Positions 1 through 12,995 of a stretch of 64,000 nt of DNA are shown piece after piece; positions within the stretch are counted from its first letter, which is position 1, and the number at the start of each line of letters is the position of its first letter. The stretch spans positions 131,192,001 through 131,256,000 of the forward strand of contig OZ024745.1 in NCBI GenBank assembly GCA_964016885.1. The letters are read 5' to 3'. The position numbers and the translations under genes are program-made. The stretch comes from Eledone cirrhosa (lineage: Eukaryota). The notes below the pieces were generated by a model. That model had not been told where the DNA came from and searched no databases. It saw only the letters and a list, made by a program, of their open reading frames with translations.

Positions 1-11
1 TCACATTTTAG

Positions 12-157
12 TTAACTGCATGTCTACGGAATTTAGTGGATGCTAGCAGCAGCCGGAACCGACTTCTCTCATGTAAACTCATTCCAGCTTTAAATACTGC
101 TATGGAACTTAATTTGGATGATGGTGACCTTATCCTTAATATATCGAGAATATACAG
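12..157 (+). CDS. ARMC2: ARMC2 internal exon
   Basis: ttttag|LTACLRNLVDASSSRNRLLSCKLIPALNTAMELNLDDGDLILNISRIY(S)|gtaaaa. Confidence 0.88.
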
Positions 158-3100
158 GTAAAAACTATTTTTTTTTAATTATTGCTGTACATACCAAAGT
201 TTTTTTTTTTATATAGTTTATAGTTAAACTTCAATTTATAGTTTATTAGTTTTACAGTTTATATTTAACTATATGAAAAGAGAGAATATTTAACCTATTG
301 GGTCAAGAATATGGACTTTATCTTCTACCAAAGTTCATCCTCTTAATACTATTTAAATGAACACATCTGCTCACAATATCAAACTGAGTCTTAATAGTTA
401 AGTTAGTGTTAACATTAACATATTTAATGTAAGGAATATAAAAGAATTAACAGCAAAATATTATACAATGAGGAAATAACAACATTAGTCATTAACTAGT
501 AATATTTTGATTCTTTCACCAAGTACAGGAGATAACTAGACCTCCTCATAGCATCAACTTTACTGTACTTGCTGAAGTACTGGTGAAATAATGACTAAGT
601 AAATGAACAATAACATATGCTTGTTGGCATAGAAAATAGAAATGTTTTGATAATTTATACTATCTACATGAAAATAAATAGGTAGGCTAGTGTTAACAAA
701 TGTGGTTGGCATTAGGAAGGGCATCCAGCCATAGAAATCTAGCCAGAAACAGTTCTATATGAGTAAGACATGGTCAACTTGCCTCTAATGGGACAATTTG
801 TCTAACCCATGCTAGCATGGAAAATGGACGTTAAACGATGATGATGAGTATCAAAATGCTGTAGAAAAAGATTATATTATGAAGAAAAATACAATATTTG
901 TCATTGACTAATATTGTATTGATTCTTTCAGAAAGTATCTCTTTTCAATAAACACTGACCAATGCTAATATACAAATTACTTTGAAAATCAAACACCACC
1001 AAATTTCTCATGTAAAAATAAAAACTATATAGTTGATATGGTTGTCTACAAGGCATTTAGTAAACATAAATAATATCAATTTTTTTTTTGTTGATATTTT
1101 GAATTTAAAAAAAGACTGCTAAGATCAATTGTTGCATTTCATTCTACTAAATGAACAGAAAATAGCTAAAATGTAATGAGATGAATACCAGTAAAATATT
1201 GTGGTTATTTCAGACAACTATACCACTTTTTTCTATGCAAAGATTGCCAAATTGATAAATACTATTATTAGGATTAGGAATATTTTTGCTAATTAAATCC
1301 GTTTTTTTCTTCTTTTTACTTTCTGTTCTATTTTGTAGTAAGGTCAGTCTTCACACCGACTGTTGTGCTGTCCTTGCTGCCCAGAGAAAACATTATCATG
1401 TAGCCTTGAGAGCATTAAACAAACATATAACAAGACAGGTAAAAACATATCTTATTGCTTGTAAATATCTATACCTTTGAACAATTACATATTTTAAAGA
1501 AAAAAAAGGAAACTTTTTACATTTTATTTGAAATATCTTTGGAAACAGTTTTATATGAAATATTTATTTCTAATATATTCATCTGAAAAAAAAAACACTT
1601 GTAATATTCTTTAACCCTTTCATGTCCACATTTCTAATGGAGTACAATTTATTTCAATTAATTATTGAAGAATTTTGAAGGATTTACTAAAATTATTAAT
1701 TATTTCATTACTAAGATAGTAATTTAATGTAAAGTTCTTATATAAGATTATGTTGGAGGATTTTAATTTAAATTGGAAACCTTTAAAATGGGTGGGTTGG
1801 TAACAAAAGGGTTATTAATATTTTCTTTATACAATGAAGAGCTAAAAATTTATTGAAATTTTGAAAACAATGTATTTCTTTGTAAAATATGTAATATTAA
1901 GAAAGTAGTTTTAGCAACCTCCCTCTAATACCTTTTGATGCAAGCCAACACACTGTCAGTGTTACTGCAGGTAAGGCGAAGGTGCTGGAACAACCAAGCA
2001 CCCTCATGGGCATCACCTGATACCTTGGTATGGTGAGACACCAACAATAACAAGAATATCGTCATCAACGGTCCAGCTCCCCCAAATGTTTTGAACACCA
2101 CAGACTGGAAAAATCAGTTTGTCAATAATTCCTGATATTTTAAAATATTATTCCATTTGGCTATGGAAGCATTGAGCCTCACATTGACCACAGTATCCAG
2201 GATGTGGAAAGAAACGAAAGAGTCACTGACTCTGGCATCCCAGATGATATATCTACCACTTACCCAGGGACAAAGACTAAGACCATCTGGTCTCTTCCTA
2301 TGCTTTAAAAACACTTCTTTTAAATATACTTTGTTAAAGAAACACCAACATTTTTTGTATTTAATCTTCTAAATTTATAAAATCTAATTTAGTTAATAAT
2401 GATAAGTTTATTGAATCTTATTTTAAATTCTATTTTTCTAGGATGTTGTTGTCAGAATCTGTTTTGCTCTGGGCAACTTAACTGCTAAAGATGAAACAGC
2501 TCGTGTCCAACTATTTGAAGAAAAAAACTCATTGGCAACAATACTAAGTGTTCTTAAATATTATTTGGAGAAATTTTCTGTAGTAAGATTTAAATTATAC
2601 TTTTTTTCAAGCCACATTAAATGAATAGGTTCAAATAAAGATGTCTTAAAGTAGATTTTATAACAAGTTTTTAAAGTTCTCACATCATTCTTCCATATAA
2701 GAATGGAAATTTAGCCTTGGTTTCAGAATGATAATCTTGTGTTAGTCTTGGAAATATTTAGTCTATGAGCTGATTGTCGATAATTAGGCGTCTTTGGCTC
2801 AGTCCACACTGTAGAGTGGTCATATAGGCGCCATGACAAAAAGCACCCAGTCCACACTGTAAAGAGGTCATGTAGGTGTCATGACAAAAAGCACCCAGTC
2901 CACACTGTAAAGAGGTCATGTATGTGTCATGACAAAAAGCACCCAGTCCACACTGTAAATGGGGTTGGCATTAGGAAGGGTATCCATGCATAGAAACCAA
3001 GACAGGATCACCTGATCTGATCTCACAGTGGTGGTGGTGGTAATGTTTCAATTGCTGTTGCTAAGTTGCTATAGAAATTAACCATAAAATTTCTCAAAGT

Positions 3101-6100
3101 AACTTCTCAGAAATGACCTAGAGGATAGGTGTTGCCATCTTGTCTTGAAGAGTCACATTTTTGTATTTTTTACTGCATATATTCTCTATGGTGGACTTCA
3201 TCCGCTTTCATTATTTAGCAGCAGAGTTAAATAAAATGGATTCAGGGGTGGAACACCAAACTAACTGTAAATTGTTATATTGATGAACATAAACAGCTTC
3301 TATCAGCTATACTATTGGTAAATAGCTTCTATCAGCTATACTATTGAAGAACAACTTCTATCAACTATACTATTGTTAAACAGCTTCTATCAGCTATACT
3401 ATTGTTAAACAGCTTCTATCAGCTATACTATTGAAGAACAGCTTCTAACAGATATAGTTGAGCAGACTTTAAGAAACAGAGCTAACAGATGAAAAGCTGT
3501 ATTAAATTATACCTTAGTTATTAAGGTCATACTGTCCTAAGAGTTAAAGCTTAAAATAAGTGGCTTTCATTTTAAAGACTGTTGGGTGTTTATTTGACAA
3601 CCAGCGGGATGAATACATAGAATCTCCCTTGCCGGCTTATATTTACATTAATTTCCAACACCAAGATTAAATCTTGCATGTGAGGAAATATGTAAAAATG
3701 ATATTGAATACCTAACCCATTTTCTTTTATAATAAAGTCATTTCAAATATATTAACTTAGAAATATTGAATGTTTTGATTCCAGCCAGATAAAAGTAACC
3801 AGTCTTATAATCCAAATAACCCAAATCTTCAAACAGAAGAGAGTATTGACATTCTTATTAAGACTGTTCGATTGATAGCAAACTTATCAATTGGTGAAAC
3901 CATTGGACCTGTTATTGCTGCTGAACCTGACTGTGTGACACAACTTCTTCGTATCCTCGGTAAGATGACTAGAAATAATTTTTTCTTATATTTAATACCT
4001 TAGTGTTACAGGTAAACAAATGTGTGGTTTCCTATTGCTACTGTTGTTGTTTCACTATTAGCAAATATTCTTTCATATTGTCTAATGAATTACTGTAATG
4101 AATACATGTTTTATGAGGTTGCTGGCTGCCACTTCGTCATTGTGTCTGGTAGTTTGTTTTGTTTTAAATTTTGTCTACGATTTCATCTAGTTTATTGTTC
4201 TTAGTTTTACTAAGTTGAATAACTCTTCTATAAGATAGATGCGTCCCACACAAGAATTCTTTCTGAAGTCTTAAGAACATACAAAGTTCTTCCATCTATT
4301 AAGTCAGTATTCGTGCAATGTGAGACTGGTTACATAAAAGTAACTGGGTAAACATTTAGGGAGCAATGTATAAAGTTTTACATTGTAGAAGAGAGGGATG
4401 GCAAAAGTAATTGGTAAACATGCCTAATATATGTTTCTATGTATAAATTTTGAAACTCTGCTGATAGTAGTAGTAGTAGTAGTTGTAGTAGTTGTAGTGG
4501 TGGTAGTGGTGGTGGTAGTAGAAGTAGCACTAGCAGTGGTAGTAGTAGTTGCTGTGGTAGTTGTAGTAGTAGTAATGGTAGTGGCGGTGGTGGTGGTAGT
4601 TGCAGTAGTAGTAGTAGCAGTAGTAATGGTAGTGGTAGTGGTGGTGGTGGTGGTGGTAGTTGCAGTAGTAGTAGAAACAGTAGTAGGCAGGGGTACAGAC
4701 TTCAATAAAGGCACAGATAAAGGATGACAATGAATGTTTCAACTAAACTTTCAGTGCAAATGAGAAATACCTGCAATATTGAATATAGGTGTGTTTCTAT
4801 CTAAACTGATTATTCGGTTGTTACGGTAACACAATGAAAGACACCCAGTCAACTCTGTAAAGTGGTTGTGTAGGTGACACAATAAAAGGCACCCAGCACC
4901 ACACTGTAAAGTGGTTGTGTAGGTGACACAATAAAAGGCACCCAGTCAACACTGCAAAGTGGTTGGCGTTAGGAAGGGCATCTGGCAATAGAAACTAAGC
5001 TAGAAACAGTTCTGCATAAGCAAGACCTGACTTGCCTCAAATGGGACAACCCATCTAACCTATGCTAGCATGGAAAATAGACATTAAACGGTAATGATGA
5101 TGATGATGTGACCTATTTCAATGTGACCACAATGCACACTTTATCAAACATGTTACAGCATATTACAGTCCTGTGAGTTTCAGGATATGGTACCTTTCAT
5201 CTTTGCATGGACTAAGGCATAGACATATCCAATCAAACATTAGCAAAACTAATGACAAAACTGACATTCTACATTCAACAGTATTGTTGTCTACTTCACC
5301 TTTCTGTTTGTCAGTTGATTTGTTCTAAAGTTTTCAGTGTTGGAGTATATTTTTAACAATAACCAAAGTAGAAATCCTTACTCCTTCAATTGCCTATCAT
5401 CATCATCATCATCATCATTTTACGCCCACTTTTCCCTGCTTGCAAGGGTTGGATAGGTCCAATTCAGCACAACATCTCTCCACTTGTCACGGTCCTTCGT
5501 CATCTCCTCCGTGAGTTTCAGCGATCTGAGGTCTGCTCTCACCACCTCTGCCCATGTTTTTCGTGATCTACCTCTACTGCGTCTTCCCTCCATTGGGACT
5601 TCCTGGCACTTCTTCACCCAGCGGTCATGCTCCATGCACATCACATGTCCATACCATCTCAGCCTTCTCTCCTGCACACCACAACTTATCCCTCTTATAC
5701 CCAGTTTCTTTCTCAACTCGTCTATGCTTGGTCACCCACACACATTGACATTGCACATCGAACGGAGCATACTTGCTTCATTTCTCTCCAGCCGTCACAT
5801 ATCCTCTGCAGTTGCTGCCCATTATCCACTTTTTAAGTACCATTTGAAGAGAAAGGTCAGTGTAGAGAGTAGAATGGTGCCTTTTAGTATGTATGAGAAG
5901 GCACTTTCAATGCCTTTGATGTGACATAATAATCCAGGGTTTTTATAGAGTTTTCTGTGGAATTGCCCCAGGGAAACTTTCCCTTGTTGACTTTTATTGT
6001 ATTTTTGTATTGCTATTCTTAATATCTATTATCATTATATCTGTTTTTTTCTTTGCTCTCTATCCTTACGGGGTCGATAAAATAAAGTACCAGTAATGCA

Positions 6101-9100
6101 CTGGGTAATTGCTGGCCTTGTGCCAAAAGTAGAAACAATTATATGTGTTTTTTTTCTTGATTTCTTCAATATGAGCTCCAGTTTGTGTTGTTTTCCATTC
6201 TTGTATTGTTTTCGACATCTTGCAACTTTGTAGCTAATAAAAGAAATTATTTCATGTTTCTTTTTTTATAGATTTGTTCTCAGTTGACAAAGAAGATCTC
6301 CTTGTTACTACTGTTGCTACCATTAATAATCTTTCTTATTACCGCAACAACACTAATGGCATATTAGCTAAACAATTAGATATTGCTAAATGTAAGTAAA
6401 TTTAACCAATGTTTAAATTTAATAAGATTCTCTTGAATGTAATTCTGCTCATATTACTCTTAACATCAGCCTTTTCTTGTAGATAGTTCAAATCCAATAT
6501 ATATTGAGATCATCAAACATGTCACTCTCCTTAAGAGATTAACTTCTCACCTGCTTAAGATCATCTTTTATTCACCTAAGCACCAGTCTTTCTGAGCTCC
6601 TTGAACTATTCATTAGAAGCAATTACATTATTACATTACACACACATGCTTGCATGAGTTCTACCTATACTACTAAGAACAATTTTACTCTAACATCTCT
6701 CTTTTTATATCTCACAGACTTGGTTAAATTGTTACTACCTGAACACATGGAAACTTTAATTGAAGTATCACGAGTGTTTGGAAACTTAACTCACCAGAAA
6801 ATTGTAAGAGACTTTTTGGCAAAACACAAAGGTAAACTATTAAATAGTTAATGATTAATCTATAAAATGCTCAAAGGATATATATATATATTCTTTGAGC
6901 ATTTTACGTGTATATGAAAATGTATATATGAATCTAAACACAGGCATAGGTGGAGAAGATACATCAGCAGATTAAGTTTCTAACAAACCACTCAGCTTCA
7001 GTTAATTAAAAATGACTAGTACAAAGTAAGTCTGAAATCCTCCCCACAATAGGTGGCACTTCAACCCTTTAATGTTTAAACCAGCTGCATCCAGCCAGAA
7101 TTATCTCACCTCTTTCTGTTCAAACCAGCTGTAACTGGCTGCTAATACTTATTTTAAGGTATTGTTCTCAAAATAAATAATATCAAAATCTTGTAGTACC
7201 ACGTCTTCCTTCAACTGGCATTTCCTAGCACTTCTTCACCCATCGGTCATATATATATATATATAAATTAAATTAAATAAAATAATTTTATGTAATTTAA
7301 TCCTGTTTTTTTTTAATTCGTTTTATATATGTGTGATATTGTAAACCTACAGTGATTGGAAATTTACCAATTGGATTAAACTTTGAACTGTCTTTTGTGG
7401 ACTATAAAATCACATATTAGCTTTGGATTATTCTTTGTCTTTAAATGGTTGTGTTATCAACTCATCTAAATTATATATGTATGTATATATATATATATAT
7501 GTATGTATATATATATATATGTATGTATATATATATATATATATATATAAAGTAAGAATACATGTATATCTGTATGTTGCAGTACAAGAGACCTTTATAG
7601 AATTATTAGATTCTGATAATCGAGAAGTAGTATATATTTCCTGTGGAGTTCTTGTGAATTTCATGGCTGATAAAGATAAGCGTCCTGTACTAATGGAAGC
7701 TGGAGGCATTGAAAAGTGAGTTACTTTATTTTATATTTTCTTTAATGTTAAAACAGCTGTTTTTTTTAACTTTTAACATCCTGTAATGATTTAGCAGAAA
7801 ATAATTCAAAATTGGTTTGTTTATTCAAATGTTTAAAGCATTTTTATTAGTGGACAGATATTTATAAATATTTGCAGTAAACTAAAGACTTTAATTTCTA
7901 ATGTAATGTGGTCATAGTGATATTTTGTACTTTTCAAGAATGTGTTGTTAATGTGGTATAACATGGTACAGGATATTAAGATTAGCAGCTTATGCAGTCC
8001 TATCATATTCTAATAAACTTAAATTTAAGAATCTAAGGATGACATTTCTGCAATTTTAGATATTTGTTTTAACAATGTACAGTTCTGAAGCTAAAGAAAT
8101 GTGTTCAAGTCTTCCAAGTTAAATGTTTTCCTCAGTTCATCACCATCACCATTATTTTACATCTGTTTTTCTGTGGTGTCATAAGTGCAATGAGTCTGAG
8201 AATGTCTTGACACCTACCACAGTTCTTTGTTTCTTGGCGTTCATTGCAACAGAGAAAAAAAACAGCTAACACTGTTGTTGTATATGTTTTTATTTTAACA
8301 GGGTTTCCACAGCTGGATGTTCCTATTACCACCATCTACATTTGAGCATATATCTTTTAACACTCAACATCATCATCATTTAATGTCCATTTTTCCATGC
8401 TAGCATGGTTTAGATGAGTTGTCTCATTGTGAGACAACCCAGATCAGATGATCGTCTTGCTCATACAGAACTGCTTCTGGCTTGGTTTTTATGGCTGGAT
8501 GCTCTTCCTAATGCCAATCACATTTACAGTGTGTACTCGGTGCTTTATGTCATGGCACCTACACAACCACTTTACAGGGTGGACTGGGTGCTTTTTGTCG
8601 TGACACCTACACAACCACTTTACAGTGTGGGCTGTTTTTTTGCTGTGGCACCAAAATGACCACTTTACAGTGCTTTATAAGCTGAGTGCTTATTGAATTA
8701 TTTTTCACGCTAAAATTTGCCAAAATGAATTCCATAAAGCTAACATTGTATAAAATTACCATCAATTAATCTTCTGAAAGTCATGTAATATTGTTCTTAA
8801 AAACAATATAGTATTATATGTTACAATATACATATATATGTTACAATACACATATATATATGTTACAATATACATATATATGTTACAATATACATATATA
8901 TATGTTACAATATACATATATATGTTACAATATACATATATATGTTACAATACACATATATATATATGTTACAATACACATATATATGTTACAATATACA
9001 TATATATGTTACAATACACATATATATATATGTTACAATATACATATATATGTTACAATACACATATATATGTTACAATACACATATATATATGTTACAA

Positions 9101-9228
9101 TACACATATATATATATGTTACAATATACATATATATGTTACAATACACATATATATATATGTTATAATACACATATATATATATGTTACAATACACATA
9201 TATATGTTACAATATACATATATATGTT

Positions 9229-9263
<35 letters not shown>

Positions 9264-12200
9264 TGTTCAATGCCTCTATTAACTGTAAATTTTCAGCCAA
9301 CAGACTGTTAGCTCTACATCTTCACACCAAATAAGGTCTTAGATTAATCCCATAAGTTCCAACACCCTAGATTGTGTGAATCATGATTTCTACTCTTCTA
9401 GCAACATAGAACTCACCAATTTTTAGACTAATAGTGAACGTGATGCCTGCAATGCACTTGAGAGTTGCGATCCTTTAATTGACCCAGTGAAGAGGGATCC
9501 TGACTGCTGTTCTAGTACGGGGATTGTGAATGGACCTAATATCAACTAAATTAACCCTAGTATCAACCCTTCTCTCAACTTCCCTTCTGATGCATCTAAT
9601 TACAGCTACAACTGTAAAACTTAAAAGGATTAACCACTAAAGGATCACTACTTCATAGATAATGTTGTATATAAATGTAAACTAAGAACTAGGAATAATA
9701 CTCAGGTACATATTGGTGTTACTGCTAACACTTTTTAAAAAGATTCTACTCACATTAGTAGTCCTTTAGAAACAGCAATTTATTCCATTCAGCTTCACTA
9801 GCTGAAGAAGTAAATCAATGAATAAATAAGAATATCAATTATAGATTAGAATGAAATATCTCAAGGCAAGTCCAACCCTATGAAGGCAAGCACTAAGAAT
9901 GTCAACTTTGCTTACAGGAAATTCTCTAACATTTTATTTTAAATGAATTGTTGTTAAGTAATAGAGAGGTGGAATTGTGCACAGAGGTAGATCAGAGTTG
10001 CAATAGTAACATAATTACAAATATAAATACATATCAATATACTTACATTATCTCATCAATGATTTAGAGAAGTGTTCAGCTATCAGTCTTATAATTGTAT
10101 TTTTTCTCTAGGTTAATAGAAGTTTTGCGAGATTTTGGACCTAATGACTGGCAACTGGCTGGAATTGTATGCCAAGTTCTATTAAACTATAGTCATAATG
10201 TTGGCCCAGAACATCTCTATTTTGGTTACCAAATAACCGAGCAACTTATTGAGCTTCTCACAGAATTTTTGGGTAAGAGTTAAAGCAGCATTTAATTTTT
10301 AATAGTATTTTTTACTATTTAGTACTGTCACAGACAGTAAAAAGAAACCTGTAGAAGAGGACATGCAACTGTTGATATAATTGTTATTGTAATTATCATT
10401 GCAATCACTATCATCACCATCACCATCACCACTGCTAACACCATTGTAATTTCTACTGTTACCATCACCATCACCATCACTAACACCATTGTAATTTCTA
10501 CTGTTACCAGCACCATCACCATCACCATCACCATTGTAATTTCAACTGTTACCAGCACCATCACCAGCACCATCACCATCACTAACACCATTGTAATTTT
10601 TACTGTTACCAGCACCATCACCAGCACCATCACCATCACTAACACCATTGTAATTTCTACTGTTACCATCACCAGCACCATCACCATCACTAACACCATT
10701 GTAATTTCTACTGTTACCATCACCAGCACCATCACCATCACTAACACCATTGTAATTTCTACTGTTACCATCACCATCACCAGCACCACTGCTAACACCA
10801 TTGTAATTTCTACTGTTACCAGCACCATCACCATCACCACTTGTGTTGTCCATGTTTCAATAGTTTGACTAAACTGACTCTGCATGGTCTTTAAGAGTCA
10901 GTGCTTAGTTTCACATTCATGATGAGGGATAAATCTCCTTTAGGATAGGATGCCAGCATATAACATGTTATATTTCTCAGATGTTCTGCTATTTCCAACA
11001 CCTAAGTGAATAAAAAGAATACAAGGAACATTTTACCTCTTCAAATCATTTTGCATACAACCTTACCACAACAGATAATATTTACATTTGAATATATACT
11101 ACGTCAATTTTGAAAAGGCAACTCAAACGAATGCAAAGTACAACATCAATTATGAATAAGGCACTCAAACGAACAAAATTTACTACAAACTCAAGCAAAG
11201 TAGATTATAAAATTTTCTTTCAAAAAACATATATATATATATATATATATATATACAAATAAAATACAGAGTTACTAACTCATATTGATACCCTGCAATT
11301 AACAAGCTCAAAGTATAAATACTGAGCATTATATAATAATATATGTAGAAATAAACACAGTAAATTGTGTGTCTAAAATTACGGGGGTAGAGAATACCAC
11401 ATTGGTTTGAAAGATTTAACCTGAAGCATATGTAAGATGTATAATAAATTTATACACACAGTATCAATAACTATTTCATCTCTCGGACAGATTAGAGATT
11501 TAATTTGTATCGCCCTGAAAATTGTGTTTGTAACAGATAATCCGTAGGCTTTCCTCAGCGAGAGATAAGATCAAATGGAATAAACACATGTAACTACAAT
11601 CCACACAAATGAATATCTCACCTCGTGCGTTGGACGTTAGAAGTGGTGTGAGTGAATATGCTAGAAATGATAGCCTTAGTACACCCAACTTATATAGTTA
11701 GGGAGCCAAAATACAAATAAAATACAGAGTTACTAACTCATATTGATACCCTGCAAATATATATATATATTTATGTGTATGTATATATACACACACCTTT
11801 CTCTTCTTTTTCTGTATCCTTGTAATCACATCTGTATGTGTTGCTACATTGATCAACATCATTCCTATACCAAAATGTTTCAGATAATTACTTAATTTTA
11901 TCATACATCATCATCATCATCACATCCATTTTTCCACACTTGTATGGTTAGACGGAGTTCTTCTCAGGACGGCATGTCTCCACTCATCCCGATCCTTTGT
12001 CATCTCCTCTGAGAGTCCCAGTGATTTGAAGTCAGCTCCCACAACCTCTGTCTAAGTCTTTCTTGGTTCTCCCCTACTGCGGTTTCCTTCCACTGAGATT
12101 TCCTGGCATATCTTCACCCAACGATCGTGTTCATACACATCACATGTCCAAACCAACTCAGTCTTCTCTCCTCTATACTGCCTCACATTCCTCTTAAACC

Positions 12201-12980
12201 CAGGTTCTCCTTCAACTCGTCCAAGCTCTGCCTCTCTCTCACATTTTCATTGCTCATCCAATGGAGCATGGTTGCTTCATTTCTCATAGTATAGTCCTCA
12301 ATTAAATTCCCTGCAGCATTTAGTTACATCACTTTAATTGTGAGTTCAAATCCTACAAAGGCCATTTTTGCCTTTCATCCATCCAGGGTCTATAAAAATA
12401 TGAACTAGTAATATACTGGGGAAGACTGGTTAATTCCTTGGCTAAGTCCTTTCTCCTACAAATATGTTGCCCTCTGCCAATCTAAGGAATTCATGTTATA
12501 TAGACTCAGGGTCTGTATTGGCAGAAACAATGGAACATAAGGTTTTAAAGTATTTCATTTTTGTTCCATTATGTTCTGAGTTCCAACCCTACCAATAATC
12601 CTTGTATTTACACTCCCCTAGCATCAATGAAATAACAACCAGTAATACACTGATGTCACTCTCAACTGTAATGAGTTGCTCTTGTAATTAGCTAAAAGAA
12701 TTATTATTTTATTGAACCTTTTACTATTTAATGAAACTTTTTATGTATTTCAGATGAGGCTAATGTTACTGGCTATATTACGGCGAAACCTGGGAGTACA
12801 GAGCAAAGTTCAGTGACAACAAATGAAGTTCAGAGTCTTATTATGGAGATATGGGAAAATGAATTTTGTCCAGTTGCAGACTCTTTATTGCAGAGACTCA
12901 AATACCATCAGTCTGTGTTGGAACCACTCGAAGTAACAAAGGATCGCTTTCCCAGTTCTTTTAAAAGCACTAGCTCATAG
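12..12980 (+). CDS. ARMC2: Armadillo repeat-containing protein 2, 3' portion (9 coding exons; 5' exons lie upstream of the window)
   Basis: Exons 12-157, 1339-1438, 2442-2582, 3785-3959, 6272-6391, 6718-6831, 7583-7715, 10112-10272, 12754-12980 join in frame over GT-AG introns. Peptides such as DVVVRICFALGNLTAK, ATINNLSYY, LRDFGPNDWQLA and WENEFCPVA..LEPL match ARMC2 as recalled. Confidence 0.92.
1339..1438 (+). CDS. ARMC2: ARMC2 internal exon
   Basis: tgtag|KVSLHTDCCAVLAAQRKHYHVALRALNKHITRQ|gtaaaa; phase 2 to 0. Confidence 0.9.
1611..1815. mobile_element. MITE family A (piggyBac-like TTAA|CCCTTT termini)
   Basis: Starts ttaacccttt, ends aaagggtta. Homologous copies at about 15290-15518, 27326-27533, 44362-44592, 50131-50371, 58793-59016, 60668-60895. 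Confidence 0.7.
1915..2300 (-). mobile_element. Degenerate CRE-clade non-LTR retrotransposon fragment (restriction-like endonuclease region)
   Basis: Minus-strand peptide KRPDGLSLCPWVSGRYIIWDARVSDSF...KY. Confidence 0.65.
2442..2582 (+). CDS. ARMC2: ARMC2 internal exon
   Basis: ttctag|DVVVRICFALGNLTAKDETARVQLFEEKNSLATILSVLKYYLEKFSV|gtaaga. Confidence 0.9.
2795..3025 (+). mobile_element. Retroposon 3' module with several 42-bp units
   Basis: aaaaagcacccagtccacactgtaaa units followed by ggttggcattaggaaggg, as in many other copies in the window. Confidence 0.7.
3292..3450. repeat. 29-bp tandem repeat, about 5 copies
   Basis: aacagcttctatcagctatactattg(tta/aag). Confidence 0.85.
3785..3959 (+). 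CDS. ARMC2: ARMC2 internal exon
   Basis: ttccag|PDKSNQ...IDILIKTVRLIANLSIGETIGPVIAAEPDCVTQLLRIL|gtaaga. Confidence 0.88.
4464..4686. repeat. (GTA/GTG)n trinucleotide microsatellite
   Basis: Directly visible; explains the poly-V and poly-T ORFs. Confidence 0.95.
5397..5812 (-). mobile_element. RTE-clade LINE 3' fragment with (GAT)n tail
   Basis: [38 protein letters not shown]; further copies at 11906-12287, 57600-58125, 62639-62846. Confidence 0.8.
6272..6391 (+). CDS. ARMC2: ARMC2 internal exon
   Basis: ttatag|DLFSVDKEDLLVTTVATINNLSYYRNNTNGILAKQLDIAK|gtaagt. Confidence 0.9.
6718..6831 (+). CDS. ARMC2: ARMC2 internal exon
   Basis: tcacag|LVKLLLPEHMETLIEVSRVFGNLTHQKIVRDFLAKHK|gtaaac. Confidence 0.9.
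7583..7715 (+). CDS. ARMC2: ARMC2 internal exon
   Basis: ttgcag|QETFIELLDSDNREVVYISCGVLVNFMADKDKRPVLMEAGGIE(K)|gtgagt. Confidence 0.9.
8815..9261. repeat. AT-rich minisatellite (tgttacaatacaca + (ta)n)
   Basis: About 20 units of variable length ending in pure (TA)n. Confidence 0.92.
10112..10272 (+). CDS. ARMC2: ARMC2 internal exon
   Basis: ctctag|LIEVLRDFGPNDWQLAGIVCQVLLNYSHNVG...LIELLTEFL|gtaaga. Confidence 0.9.
10405..10840. repeat. Compound (CAC/CAT)-rich minisatellite
   Basis: aacaccattgtaatttctactgttacc core alternating with accatc/accagc units. Confidence 0.9.
11253..11756 (-). mobile_element. Retrozyme-like / Penelope-derived non-autonomous element with terminal redundancy
   Basis: Identical 46-bp direct repeats at 11253-11298 and 11711-11756, (TA)n on both sides, internal hammerhead fold. 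Confidence 0.6.
11478..11566 (-). ncRNA. Type I hammerhead ribozyme motif (degenerate core)
   Basis: AUCUCUCG-CUGAGGA-AA-GCCU...GGGC-GAUA-stem III-GUC-CGAGAGAU; perfect 8-bp stem I; canonical GAAA appears as GAUA. Confidence 0.65.
11906..12287 (-). mobile_element. RTE-clade LINE 3' fragment
   Basis: Homologous to 5397-5812, with (CAT)n tail at the left end. Confidence 0.72.
12754..12980 (+). CDS. ARMC2: ARMC2 last coding exon
   Basis: tttcag|(D)EANVTG...IWENEFCPVADSLLQRLKYHQSVLEPLEVTKDRFPSSFKSTSS-TAG. Confidence 0.88.
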
Positions 12981-12989
12981 ATCCATTGA

Positions 12990-12995
12990 AATAAA
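12990..12995 (+). terminator. Candidate polyadenylation signal of ARMC2
   Basis: AATAAA 10 nt after the stop codon; usage not verifiable from sequence. Confidence 0.4.
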
